Shown: positions 49,137 through 59,537 of the stretch, one piece after another
Layout: each line of letters begins with the position of its first letter
Position numbering within the stretch: position 1 is the first letter of the stretch
Assembly: GCA_964602295.1 (NCBI GenBank)
Contig: CAZRQK010000009.1
Span: 435-64,434, forward strand
Direction: 5' to 3'
DNA from: an uncultured Ohtaekwangia sp.
GTDB lineage: Bacteria > Bacteroidota > Bacteroidia > Cytophagales > Cyclobacteriaceae
DNA length: 64,000 nucleotides
The notes under the pieces: model-generated
Seen by the model: the letters and a program-made list of their open reading frames with translations, nothing else
Told to the model about the DNA's origin: nothing
Database searches by the model: none
Program-made: the position numbers and the translations under genes

Positions 49137-52100
49137 TTAGTGCGTAATCACCATTCTGAATGTCTGCAACGTGGCACCACCCTCGGCAACGGTTACCACA
49201 TACACTCCGGCAGGCAGGTTGCCCGTTTCGATGTGGGCCACGCCCGTGAAGGGCAATGTTCCCTGCAACACCTCGGAACCTAAGGCATTGGCAATGGAGT
49301 AGGTGAGGTTGTTCATGCTATGCAGTATTTTGATGTGCATGTTGCCATTGGCTGGATTGGGGAACACGGCAAAGCGTTGCTCGGCTTCATCCCAGCCGGT
49401 AACTACCAGTTTCTTTACCACGATATTGGTTTGCTCTACCAGCGCTTCCACTTGCACCCTGCGCGACAGGCCGGTGCCGATAGAAATGTTGATGAATGAA
49501 GTAGGGTCCATCGGGTAGCCGGGGTATTGCAGGTTCAGCAGGTACTCGCCTTGTTCGAGGTTGTTGAACTCAAACTCACCTTCTTCATTGGTAAATATCC
49601 ACGCCACCAGTACCAATTCTTCGTCTTCTGGTTTGCCCACGTTCACCCTTCTACGTACACTGGCACCGGCATTGGCAATGCGTTTGTTACGCAGCGTTCG
49701 TCCGTCTTCTTGAATGTTGGTGTCTTCGAATACGCCTGAAATCAATCCGGTTCCTTTCGGTGTTTCGGCAGGTCTCTTCTGAATCACAATGTCTAAGTCT
49801 TCCCGGTCTTCATTTACAAATAAGGTATCGGCCTCTTCCCAATAAATGACAGATTTTAGGTAAGTAGGTAAACTGCCTATGTGTTCCACCGTATCGGCAT
49901 CACCTAAAAGCAGGTAATCATCCAGCACCACGTTGTTGAGTGAGAAGGTGCCATCGTTATTTACTGTTTGAGTACGTAGGGTATCGTAACCGCCAGAGGT
50001 GGGTATGCGCAGCAGCCGCACCAGGCCTTTGGTGATCGGTACGTTGGCCTCCTCCAGTAGTTGACCGCTGAGCGTAGCCGTAGCCAGCACCCGCTGGGGT
50101 GCAGAGCGGAGCGTAAGGTTGGGTACAGCCGGGTTGGTGATTTCCAACCGGTATTCGCCCATGTTGGTGCGATTCAATGCAGGTATTACATACACAGAGT
50201 CTGTAGCTCCCGATACAGCAGTGCCGTTGCGCAGCCACTGAAAGCGATTGCCTTCGCCTTGCACGGCAACGCCCACTTTGAAATCGGTGTTGTAGCGAAT
50301 CGAGTCGGTGCGAGCGGTGCCAAGGTCTGCCTGGTCGCGATAGTCCACTGTAAGCAGGCTGGCGTTGTTAATGAGTGAAGAGAAGTCCAGTGCATTTTCT
50401 GAAACATCCAATTCGGTAAGCGTTGTAATGGCAGTAAGATCGGGTAGGGCGGTGAGGAAGTTGCCCGACAGGTCTACAACCTGCAGGTTTTCGATGTCGG
50501 TTAAGATAGCGGGCACTTTGCCTGTAAGGTTGTTGTTCGGCAGTCGCAGTTCTGTAACCCGGTTGTTGTTCAGCGTTACGCCATGCCATGCGCCAGGTGT
50601 GAGAGGGTCAGTTGTCCAGCCGGTTTGGTTTACCCAGCTTGGCCCACCTGTAGCGTTATAGAAAGCGCGTAATGCAATCGAATCGCGTTGCAGGGAAGAG
50701 ACTTTAATGGATACCGGCCTGCCTTGCAAAGTGAGAGCCGGTGCCAGGGTGTTGGTAACGCGAAAGGTATAAACCCCTTCATCATCAAAAGAGGGGTTGA
50801 TAAGAGGATAGGTAGCACCCGTTGCTCCGGCAATGACCGTTCCATTCTTTAACCATTGGTATTGGTTGGCCGTGCCACCCACATTGGTTTCGAGCGAAGT
50901 GGACGAAGAAGTTTGCAGAAACAAGCTTTGCGCAACGCCCACGCTGTCTTGTGGAGTGTAAGTAAAGTTGGCAATACCGATGTTCGGTTCAATGTCTTCG
51001 AAGGTCAGGTGGTTGTTTTCAACTCGAAATGAAATAAGAGAGGAGAGACCACTCAAGTCTGGAAGGTCGGTGAGTTGATTCTCATGCAGAAAAATGTAGT
51101 TCAATGCAGCCAAGTCTCCGAATTCAATGGGAACTGCACCGCTGAGTTGGTTATTAAATAGACGGAGGTCAATAAGTGCTGATAAACTTCCAAGTTGCGG
51201 GGGTATGTCGCCCGTTAGTTGGTTACTATCAAGCACAAGTTGTCTAAGCGCTGCTAAATTTCCTAGTTGAGGAGGTATAGTTCCGCTTAGTTGGTTTCTC
51301 TGAAGCCAAAGGTTTATCAGGGCTGCCAAATTGCCCAGTTGAGGAGGTATGGAACCAGTTAGTTGGTTTTCCATCAGATATAAGAAGGTTAGGGCTGATA
51401 AGTTGCCGAATTCCTGAGGTATGGTGCCCGTGAGTTGGTTTTGTGCGAGATCAAGACCGGTTAACGCTGAGTTGTTGCCCAAAACTGCAGGCAGCACACC
51501 CACGAGGTTATTGTTACGCAAATTAATTGTCGTTACCCTGCCCGCGGTCACTGTCACCCCAAACCACGTCTCCACTTTACCCGTCAGCCAGTTGGTGTTG
51601 TTCGTCCAGCCGGGGCCGTTGGTGGCATTGTAAAGGGCAACCAACGCCAGCGAATCGCCCTCGTTGATCAGATTGAGATCTTGCGTTACTGAAGTAGTGC
51701 CTGTTAGCAAGGTAAGCAACGGTGCCGCTGGGTTGGTAATTTGCAGGTAGTAATCGCCCACATCGGTAAGTGCAAATGTTTTTGTGTAGGTGTTGGAGGT
51801 AGCTCCACCTATAAGCGCTGCGTCCTTAAACCACTGGTATTGGTTACCCGTGCCTCCTATGGTATAAGTAAGATTGAGCGGCTCCCCAACCGCTACGCTT
51901 TGGTTGGGCAATGCAGAAATGGTTTTTTGAGGTGCATAGGTAATGCCTGCAACACTCAGGTTGGGCTGAATGTCTTCGAAAGTGAGGTTGTTGTTGGAAA
52001 CGTTCAGAGTAGTCAGCCCTGAAATGCCACTGAAGTCCGGAACTTGCGAAAAGGAATTATTATCCAACCTCAGAAAAACTAAGTTGGAAAGGTTTGCGAA

Positions 52101-55100
52101 TTCGTTGGGTACGATTCCTGTTAATTGATTGTTGTGAATGGCAAGGTTGGCAAGGTTGGTAAGATTGCCCATGGATGTTGGCAGTGTTCCACTCAATTGA
52201 TTGGTGTTGATGTAGAGTGTTGTCAGGCCGCTTAAATTTCCAATAGAAGCGGGGATACTACCTGTAATTTGGTTGGTGTGGATGACCATAGAAGTAAGGG
52301 CGGTCAAGTTGCCTATTTCGCTTGGGAGTGTACCTGTAAGCTGGTTGTCGTGCAGAGATAGTGCCGAAACGCGATCTGACACAACGTTCACGCCAGACCA
52401 AGTGTCGATGGGCCCTGTCAACCAATTCGTCCTTGTCGCCCAACCCGGGCCGTTGGTGGCGTTGTAAAGGGCTACGAGGGCGAGTGAATCAATTTTACGT
52501 GGGCTGTTTGTAGGAGGAGTGAAGCGCAAGGCATCGTTGCTGAGCGAAAAGGAGGCCCTGTTTCTCCCGGGCAAAAAAGCCGCCAGGTAGCCACCTTGGT
52601 TTTCAATACCCTGCGTAATTAGGTCTTTATATTCGTTGCAACTGAGGCAATGCACTTCTATGTTATTCGTGGTTTCAAAAAGTTTAATTTGAAAGCTGGT
52701 GGTAGGGTTGCCTGGGTTGCAGCAGGCAGGAACATTCTCATATTCCAACACAAATTGGCGATTGGGCGCAGCACCAGTCGTTTGATATTTGATGGTGCCC
52801 CCATCTTCGGGGTTGAGGTCTGCCCAGTAGCCCGCAATGATGCCATTTACCTTATAATCATCGTCTAAAAAAGACAACTGGCCCGGATCCGGTAGTTCTT
52901 CTCCATTGCAGCAGCCATCGCGCTGATTATCGAGGAAACTGAGAAAGCCATTACTGCTGACGTAGGATTGTGTATAATTAACCCCATAGAAATTGAAGTT
53001 GAAGCCAATGGGCAAGGCAGAGGTAATACTATCATCCTCCATCAGCAAGAAGTTGGGTGCGGTAAGATTGGTATAACCAAAACTAGTGGGTTCCGCGGTA
53101 TAATTTTCGGGTACCGTGCCTGCCTGGAAAAGAAATACGGAGGCGGTGAATAACTCGTACGAAGAGACGATGGAATTGGTAATGCGCAATACATATTCTC
53201 CCGCATCGGCCGCGCTAAAGGATGGGATCGATAACTGATCGGACTCCGCACCGGGAATGGGTACATTATCTTTCAACCATTGGTATTGATTGGCCGACCC
53301 GTCCACAGAGAAGGATAGCAATTGGCTTTGGCCTGCTGTCAATTCAATTAATTGCAAGTTGCCAATTCTTCGTTGGAAACCTTCTATGTCGATCAGCAAT
53401 GGAGCGTTGGGCTCCAGGTCTTCATAGGTTAAGTGGTTGTAGTCCACATCCAGACTTGTAAGGCTGGGCAGGGCAGTAAGATCAATCAATCCAGTCAGGA
53501 GATTTTCATGCAAAGAAAGATCAGTCAGGTTTGAAAGACCGGAAAAAGAAGCCGGCAAAGTACCAATGAGTTGGTTATTATTCAGATCTAACCGGGTCAG
53601 GTTCGCAAGGTTGCCTAGTTCAGAAGGTATAGCTCCGGAGAGTCGGTTCCCGTAGAGTATAAGTTCCTGAAGTGCGGTGAGGTTACCCAAAGCAGTGGGA
53701 ATGCTTCCATCTAGTTGATTGCGTGGCAGACTGAGGTATGTGAGTGATGTCAAGTTCCCTAATTCGGTTGGAATGTTACCACTCAACTCGTTGTCTTCGA
53801 AAGACAAACTGGTAAGGTTGGTCAAATTGCCGAGCACTGGGGGTATGGTGCCTTGTAAAGAATTGGAGTAAAGCGATAAGCCAAGTAGGCTGGTAAGCGA
53901 GCCAATAGAAGTTGGAAGTGATCCTGTAAGTTGATTATCACCAAGGTCGAGGTACTGTAGTGCGGTTAGGTTACCAATTTCGGTGGGCAAAGGGCCGGAA
54001 AGATTGTTGTTAGTAAGCGATAACTGCTCTACCCTACCACCATTTACGCCAACACCATACCAGGTATCCACCGATCCAGTCAACCAGTTGGTGTTGTCCG
54101 TCCAGCCGGGGCCGTTGGTGGCGTTGTAGAGGGCTACGAGGGCGAGGGAATCAGTTTCGAGTGAAGGTTCCAAAAAGATACGCGCAATGCGGTTGCGGCC
54201 GATGCCGTTGTAGGAAAAGAAATCGCCTGCGATGATGGCTTTGTTATCGGGTGTTTGGGTGATTGAGTAAACTATGGCGTTCGAACCATCGATGCCATCC
54301 ATGGACTTAAATGAGGAATCCAATTCTCCACTGGACAGAAGTCGGGTTAAGCCTTTGTAGGGCGATGGAAAATTACCACCAGCCAGTATTTTGCCATCGG
54401 CCTGTAAACTCAAAGCCCTGACGGAAAATCCTATGGCGTCATCTATTTCTGGAACAAAAGTGGTATCAAGCGATCCATCCGCATTGAGCCGTGCAACGTA
54501 GTTTCTGGGTATGCCATTGTAATCATTGAAACTACCCCCAATCAATATTTTCCCGTCAGGCTGCACCAGAACGGATTCCACCGTACTATTTGCACCACTT
54601 CCAGGGTCGAAGCCTAGGTCCACAGAACCATCCTCGTTGAGTCGGGCAATGCGATTACGCGCAATGCCGTTGAAACTGGTAAAGCTTCCTCCAATCAATA
54701 TCTTGCCGTCAGCTTGAATACTTATTGACCTAATTTGTGAAGTGGTTCCGGTACCAGGGTCGAAAGAAGTGTCGACCGAACCATCTGAGTTAATGCGTAC
54801 GATACTATTTCGTGTGGTTCCATTGTAATTTGTGAAGATTCCGCTAATTATTATCTTTCCGTCTAGCTGAAGAGCTACAGTAGCCGCAAAATTGTTTATA
54901 CCAGTTCCAGGGTCGAAGGAAAAATCAATGGTTCCGTCTTGGTTGATGCGCGCAATATCGTTTCGGGGAACTCCGTCATAGTCAGTAAATCCACCGGCAA
55001 TAACTATTTTTCCATCGGGTTGGATTACCATTCCATTGATGAAGCCATTTACACCTGTGCCAGGAGTGAAGCCAAGATCTTGATCGCCATCCAAGTCTAA

Positions 55101-56441
55101 TCGAACAATCCCCCCAAATTGCACACCATTAAAACCGGTAAATCCACCACCTACTAAAATTTTTTGATCGGTCTGAATTGATGTGGGCCCCACTATGCGA
55201 TTGGCACCCCCAAATAGATCATTTGAAAAAGTTTCATCTAATGTACCGTCATTGTTTAAACGGGCACGGCCATGAGTGAATGTGGTGTTGAAAAGGGTAA
55301 AGTCTCCATTAATCAGAATTTTTTCATCGGGCTGAAGAAGTATGGTATAAATGGTGGAGCTTGCTCCACTATTTGGATCAAATGACGCGTCCAGTGAACC
55401 ATCTGTATTTACGCGTGCGATGCGGTTGCGGGAGGTGCCGTTGTAATTGGTAAAAAAGCCACCTATCACTACATGGCCGTTTGCTTGGAGTGCTATGGTA
55501 GACACAGTGGCGTTTGCCCCTGATCCAAGGTCGAAGGTTGAATCCAAAGTACCATCGGTATGGATGCGGGCCAGCCGTGCGCGGGCAGTTCCATTGTAAG
55601 TGGTGAATTGTCCACCGATGAGTATTTTACCGTCTGGTTGCAATATAATTGATTCAACCAAGCTGTTTGTTCCTGATCCAGGGTCAAAGGTCACATCAAG
55701 TGAGCCATTATCTTGCAGCCTTGCTATACCCTGTCTCAAGGTGCCGTTGTAATTGACGAATTGTCCTCCGATGAGAATTCTACCATCTTGTTGAATGGCA
55801 ATGGTCAAAATTGTGAAACTCGCGCCAGTCCCCGGATCGAAGGTGGTGTCGAGTGAACCATCTTGATTTAATCTTGCTACTCGGTTTCTGGGTGTACTAT
55901 TGTAAGTAGTAAATAATCCGCCAATTACAATCTTGCCATCAACCTGAATGGCTATTGAGTGTAATTGCAAGTCGGCCCCTGTTCCAGGGTCAAACGTAGG
56001 GTCCAGCGTACCATCCGCATTGAGCCGTGCAATTCGATTTCTTACAACACCATCGTACTCGGTAAAGAATCCGCCAATAAGTATTTTCCCATCAGGTTGA
56101 AGCACAAGGGCTCCAATGGAATTATTGGCCCCTAGGTTAGCAGCGAAGGTTTCATCCAGAGTCCCATCTGCATTTAGTCGTGCAATTCGATTTCGAGTTG
56201 CTCCATTGAAGGAAGTAAAGTTGCCAGAATACAATATCTTGCCGTCCGGTTGCAGTACGCTTTCTAGCACCGCTGCATTAAAGCCCATACCTTCACCGAA
56301 GCCAAGGTCTGTTGGGTTAAAAATCGGGTCATTCATACCTGCCTGGCCACGAACCTGATGCCACGAGGCAACAATGGTTAGCAACAATAGTAAAAACCTA
56401 AACAGGGAAGTTGAGAAGGAGCAGGTCTGGGTTGGTTGCAT
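49137..56441 (-). CDS. Giant T9SS-secreted protein: delta-60 beta-propeller repeats, four capped plant-type LRR + Ig modules, NIDO-like insert, T9SS CTD
   Basis: Repeated QPDGKILIGG...RLNADG.LD.TF; DSLALVALYNATNGPGW caps; LxxLxLxxNxLxGxIP; YQW.K Ig domains; FPNPA...LPAGVY CTD. Start chosen at ATG 56441. Confidence 0.92.
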   Translation of the reverse strand: MQPTQTCSFSTSLFRFLLLLLTIVASWHQVRGQAGMNDPIFNPTDLGFGEGMGFNAAVLESVLQPDGKILYSGNFTSFNGATRNRIARLNADGTLDETFAANLGANNSIGALVLQPDGKILIGGFFTEYDGVVRNRIARLNADGTLDPTFDPGTGADLQLHSIAIQVDGKIVIGGLFTTYNSTPRNRVARLNQDGSLDTTFDPGTGASFTILTIAIQQDGRILIGGQFVNYNGTLRQGIARLQDNGSLDVTFDPGSGTNSLVESIILQPDGKILIGGQFTTYNGTARARLARIHTDGTLDSTFDLGSGANATVSTIALQANGHVVIGGFFTNYNGTSRNRIARVNTDGSLDASFDPNSGASSTIYTILLQPDEKILINGDFTLFNTTFTHGRARLNNDGTLDETFSNDLFGGANRIVGPTSIQTDQKILVGGGFTGFNGVQFGGIVRLDLDGDQDLGFTPGTGVNGFINGMVIQPDGKIVIAGGFTDYDGVPRNDIARINQDGTIDFSFDPGTGINNFAATVALQLDGKIIISGIFTNYNGTTRNSIVRINSDGSVDTSFDPGTGTTSQIRSISIQADGKILIGGSFTSFNGIARNRIARLNEDGSVDLGFDPGSGANSTVESVLVQPDGKILIGGSFNDYNGIPRNYVARLNADGSLDTTFVPEIDDAIGFSVRALSLQADGKILAGGNFPSPYKGLTRLLSSGELDSSFKSMDGIDGSNAIVYSITQTPDNKAIIAGDFFSYNGIGRNRIARIFLEPSLETDSLALVALYNATNGPGWTDNTNWLTGSVDTWYGVGVNGGRVEQLSLTNNNLSGPLPTEIGNLTALQYLDLGDNQLTGSLPTSIGSLTSLLGLSLYSNSLQGTIPPVLGNLTNLTSLSFEDNELSGNIPTELGNLTSLTYLSLPRNQLDGSIPTALGNLTALQELILYGNRLSGAIPSELGNLANLTRLDLNNNQLIGTLPASFSGLSNLTDLSLHENLLTGLIDLTALPSLTSLDVDYNHLTYEDLEPNAPLLIDIEGFQRRIGNLQLIELTAGQSQLLSFSVDGSANQYQWLKDNVPIPGAESDQLSIPSFSAADAGEYVLRITNSIVSSYELFTASVFLFQAGTVPENYTAEPTSFGYTNLTAPNFLLMEDDSITSALPIGFNFNFYGVNYTQSYVSSNGFLSFLDNQRDGCCNGEELPDPGQLSFLDDDYKVNGIIAGYWADLNPEDGGTIKYQTTGAAPNRQFVLEYENVPACCNPGNPTTSFQIKLFETTNNIEVHCLSCNEYKDLITQGIENQGGYLAAFLPGRNRASFSLSNDALRFTPPTNSPRKIDSLALVALYNATNGPGWATRTNWLTGPIDTWSGVNVVSDRVSALSLHDNQLTGTLPSEIGNLTALTSMVIHTNQITGSIPASIGNLSGLTTLYINTNQLSGTLPTSMGNLTNLANLAIHNNQLTGIVPNEFANLSNLVFLRLDNNSFSQVPDFSGISGLTTLNVSNNNLTFEDIQPNLSVAGITYAPQKTISALPNQSVAVGEPLNLTYTIGGTGNQYQWFKDAALIGGATSNTYTKTFALTDVGDYYLQITNPAAPLLTLLTGTTSVTQDLNLINEGDSLALVALYNATNGPGWTNNTNWLTGKVETWFGVTVTAGRVTTINLRNNNLVGVLPAVLGNNSALTGLDLAQNQLTGTIPQEFGNLSALTFLYLMENQLTGSIPPQLGNLAALINLWLQRNQLSGTIPPQLGNLAALRQLVLDSNQLTGDIPPQLGSLSALIDLRLFNNQLSGAVPIEFGDLAALNYIFLHENQLTDLPDLSGLSSLISFRVENNHLTFEDIEPNIGIANFTYTPQDSVGVAQSLFLQTSSSTSLETNVGGTANQYQWLKNGTVIAGATGATYPLINPSFDDEGVYTFRVTNTLAPALTLQGRPVSIKVSSLQRDSIALRAFYNATGGPSWVNQTGWTTDPLTPGAWHGVTLNNNRVTELRLPNNNLTGKVPAILTDIENLQVVDLSGNFLTALPDLTAITTLTELDVSENALDFSSLINNASLLTVDYRDQADLGTARTDSIRYNTDFKVGVAVQGEGNRFQWLRNGTAVSGATDSVYVIPALNRTNMGEYRLEITNPAVPNLTLRSAPQRVLATATLSGQLLEEANVPITKGLVRLLRIPTSGGYDTLRTQTVNNDGTFSLNNVVLDDYLLLGDADTVEHIGSLPTYLKSVIYWEEADTLFVNEDREDLDIVIQKRPAETPKGTGLISGVFEDTNIQEDGRTLRNKRIANAGASVRRRVNVGKPEDEELVLVAWIFTNEEGEFEFNNLEQGEYLLNLQYPGYPMDPTSFINISIGTGLSRRVQVEALVEQTNIVVKKLVVTGWDEAEQRFAVFPNPANGNMHIKILHSMNNLTYSIANALGSEVLQGTLPFTGVAHIETGNLPAGVYVVTVAEGGATLQTFRMVITH

Positions 56442-56493
56442 AAGGGCACAAGTTTTTACTCTACTAATGTTCCAAATCAAAGTCTTGCCAATC

Positions 56494-56513
56494 AATACCT
56501 ACTTCGAGGTATT
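56494..56513. promoter_or_regulatory. Palindrome AATACC-N8-GGTATT (putative NarL/LuxR-type site)
   Basis: AATACCTACTTCGAGGTATT; the same arms occur at 63386-63405. Confidence 0.6.
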
Positions 56514-56629
56514 CGGTCCTTAACATTAACTTAACATGGAGATCTTTGGCATGTTAAAAGCTAAAGCAACGGCAACAAATCCCTCTCCCTCTTTCTGGGT
56601 ATTTTGTTTTTGTGTATTTTCCATACGCT

Positions 56630-57547
56630 ATGCAGGAGGAACCCCACATCCTTCAAATGCTCACCGTGCGCGAACTCCAGGCCCTGGAGGCGCTGCTGGG
56701 TGGGCCACAGGCCTATGCCCTGAACGGGCATGCGCGCGAACTCGAACAATCTATTCTTCGCAAAACAGGAGCGCTTACGTTGGAAGAGCTGGTGTCCACC
56801 GCGCACCGCGATCTCACGCGTTACCGCGTAAAGGAAGCAGTGAAGGCTAAGGCGGTAGATCAGTTTTTGAAAGACCCGCGGTTTCAACGTTTCCAGGTGT
56901 TTGCCCACCAAGGCATACGTATTTTAGACAACACTACCCACGAATACCTGTACGTAAACGAAGCCACAGAGCACATCATTGGCTGGACGGCCGAGGACTT
57001 TAAGAAAGGGGGCCTGCTATGGGCCCACCGCAGAACGCACCCCTGGGATTTGCTGCAACTTGTCTTGATTGCCAAACGGGTGCTTAGAAAATTCGATGGC
57101 CTTACAGAAGAGGATAAGCTCAACTCTCGGTTTTCGTTTGATTTGCGCTTCAGGCACAAGGATGGAAAGTACCGCAGAATTCAACAGCATTCGTACACCA
57201 TCAGTTTAGCCGATAACGGCAAGCCCGGACTGCTGATGATGGTGAGCGCGGATATATCTGCGCTTAAAACCGCTACCAGCATGAACTACCAGTTTGGCGT
57301 TACGCGTGGTAACCGTTTTCAGGTGTTGCTGGAGGGCCGTACCAAGGCCTTCACTAACCTGCTGAGCGAGCGCGAAACGGAGTTGTTGCATTGTGCGGCC
57401 GATGGTTTGAACGAAACGGCCATAGCTCAGCGCATGCACATCAGTGTGCAGACGGTGAAGACACACCGCAAGAATATGCTGGCAAAAACGGGTTGCAAAA
57501 ACTTTGCAGACCTGATACGCAAAGGGGTGGTAGAAGGATGGATTTGA
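56630..57547 (+). CDS. PAS-domain LuxR-family transcriptional regulator
   Basis: YVNEA..IIGW...THPWD and RFRHKDGKY PAS motifs; LSERE...IA..MHIS..TVKTHRKN HTH. Confidence 0.88.
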   Translation: MQEEPHILQMLTVRELQALEALLGGPQAYALNGHARELEQSILRKTGALTLEELVSTAHRDLTRYRVKEAVKAKAVDQFLKDPRFQRFQVFAHQGIRILDNTTHEYLYVNEATEHIIGWTAEDFKKGGLLWAHRRTHPWDLLQLVLIAKRVLRKFDGLTEEDKLNSRFSFDLRFRHKDGKYRRIQQHSYTISLADNGKPGLLMMVSADISALKTATSMNYQFGVTRGNRFQVLLEGRTKAFTNLLSERETELLHCAADGLNETAIAQRMHISVQTVKTHRKNMLAKTGCKNFADLIRKGVVEGWI

Positions 57548-57553
57548 ATGCAC

Positions 57554-57628
57554 GCTGATCGGAGTCGTGCTTGCTGAACGGAGTCGCGCTTGCTGGGCGG
57601 AGTCGTGCTTGCTGAGCGGAGTCGAAGC
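57554..57628 (+). repeat. Four tandem 19-bp REP-like units ending GCTGAGCGGAGTCGAAGC
   Basis: Units at 57554, 57573, 57592 and 57611. Confidence 0.9.
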
Positions 57629-57719
57629 AAGCTTACTGTACCAGAGTGGACGCAAACCCTTTTTAAGAGCAAGGTTAGAGAACGATGATATAGTAAATGG
57701 CTTTAATGTACCCGCCCCG

Positions 57720-59504
57720 ATGCGAAAACAAATCATGTTATTACCAGCCACACTTGCGTTGTTTTGCGCAGTGCTGACACCTTCCGTGGCCACAGGCCAG
57801 TCGCTCGACTCCGTCCGCGTCAGTCGCTACCTGGTGATGGCCAACGACTATTTACAGCGCAACCAACTCGACAGTGTGAGGTGGGCTGCCGCACGGGCGC
57901 GTGGGCTGGCCGAAAAGACCAGGCAGCCTTTGTTAAGGGCTTGGGCCGACCAGTTTATTGGTTCGTGTCATTTTTATGAGGGCAGATACGAGAAAGGTAT
58001 TGCCCTGCAGACCGAAGTGTGGCGGGTAGCCGATTCGTTGGGCGATGCGCTGCTGCGCGCCCATTCCCAAAAAATGATCGGATGGATGTACACCGAGATG
58101 GGCAAAGAGCGCGAAGCCCTCCAACTCTTCCGCGCCAGCTTGCCGGCTTTCCGCGCCAACGCTGCTCGCGATATCCAAAGAAGTATCGGCATCACGTATT
58201 TTGGGCTTGCCACCGCCTACTTCTATCTGAGCCATTTCGACTCGGCTTTGATTTACTACGACTCTGCCATTACGGCCCGACCGCAGATGGACTCGCGGGA
58301 GATGGCCTTGACGTTAGCCGACCGCGCTGCGGTGAAGCGCGACCACCTGCAGAACCTGCCAGGTGCATTGCAAGACGCCAGCCAGGCGCTTACGCTGGCG
58401 TCAACACTCGAAGGTCATCCGGATGCGGTAGCTTACATACAATCTGAATGGGCCCTCTCCCTTGCCCGAAAAGGTGATTATGCAGAAGCCGACCGTTGGG
58501 CGCAGTCGGCCTGGCGCATTTATGGTAGTTTGCCCTTTTTGAAAAGATATGTCAGCGTGTATCAGACCATGGCCCGCACCTTTGCAGAAACAAGTAACTA
58601 CCCCATGGCATACCGGGCCGAGCAAGAAGCAAGGATGCTACAAGATTCCATCCATGCAATCCGTAAAATGCAGATCGTGGAAGACCTGCGCATGCGGTAC
58701 GAAACGGAACAGAAAACCAAGGCCATCGCCCAATTGAATGAAAGGGCCAGTTGGCAAGAGTCGGTGATTGTACGCAGCAAGGCTGCCTTATGGGTGCTGG
58801 GCGCTAACTTGCTGCTATTGATTACAGGCGGCATTTGGTTTTATCGCAAGCGAGAGAAATACCACCAACGCATTCACGAATTGGAGGCGGCCCAACAATT
58901 GAGGGTGGAGAAGGAGAAGATCGCCAAAGATTTGCACGACAGCCTCGGCTCTCAGCTAAGCACCATTTCGTTCGGTTTACAACGGGCAGCAGCCGAAAAC
59001 AAAAACGAAGGGCTTCTGTCGCTACAGGCGTTGGCCGACAAGGTGATGCAGGAACTGCGCGACTTTATTTGGGCGATGAACAAGGAAACCGTTTCGGTGG
59101 AGGAGCTTGAACAGCGTATCAACACATTATTTTGGCAATACCGCAAACTCGATTACCCCGTTGCCTTCGATCTGTACGTAGAACAGCACTTGCCATCCAC
59201 GCAGTTGCCCCCTGGCACAGGCATTCAGTTGTTTCGCATTACGCAGGAGGCTGTGCAAAACGCCATCCGCCACAGCCGTTGTACATCCATCCGCGTAGGG
59301 CTTACCAATGGTAATGGGCACCTGAGGCTTACCGTAAAAGACAACGGCACTGGTTTCGACTGGCCTCCCGCTGTACCGGGCGATCATTTCGGCCTCACGA
59401 ATATGCAAAAGCGCGCCAATACAGTGAGCGGACAATTCCGCATTGATACGGCACCACAACAGGGAACCACGGTGTCGGTGGCGGTGCCGTTGGTTGCTCG
59501 TTAG
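57720..59504 (+). CDS. TPR-domain sensor histidine kinase (HisKA_3 type)
   Basis: Signal/TM segment, TPRs, KIAKDLHDSLG H-box, QEAVQNAIRHS, KDNGTGF, GLTNM. Confidence 0.92.
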   Translation: MRKQIMLLPATLALFCAVLTPSVATGQSLDSVRVSRYLVMANDYLQRNQLDSVRWAAARARGLAEKTRQPLLRAWADQFIGSCHFYEGRYEKGIALQTEVWRVADSLGDALLRAHSQKMIGWMYTEMGKEREALQLFRASLPAFRANAARDIQRSIGITYFGLATAYFYLSHFDSALIYYDSAITARPQMDSREMALTLADRAAVKRDHLQNLPGALQDASQALTLASTLEGHPDAVAYIQSEWALSLARKGDYAEADRWAQSAWRIYGSLPFLKRYVSVYQTMARTFAETSNYPMAYRAEQEARMLQDSIHAIRKMQIVEDLRMRYETEQKTKAIAQLNERASWQESVIVRSKAALWVLGANLLLLITGGIWFYRKREKYHQRIHELEAAQQLRVEKEKIAKDLHDSLGSQLSTISFGLQRAAAENKNEGLLSLQALADKVMQELRDFIWAMNKETVSVEELEQRINTLFWQYRKLDYPVAFDLYVEQHLPSTQLPPGTGIQLFRITQEAVQNAIRHSRCTSIRVGLTNGNGHLRLTVKDNGTGFDWPPAVPGDHFGLTNMQKRANTVSGQFRIDTAPQQGTTVSVAVPLVAR

Positions 59505-59537
59505 AATTAAAGAAAGGGCTCTGCGATGGGCCATCGT

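Noticed and set aside
57567..57719. N-terminal extension of the histidine kinase (likewise 60183-60386 and 60315-60404)
   Set aside because: These are translations of REP-like repeats and intergenic DNA; better starts exist at 57720, 60182 and 60405.
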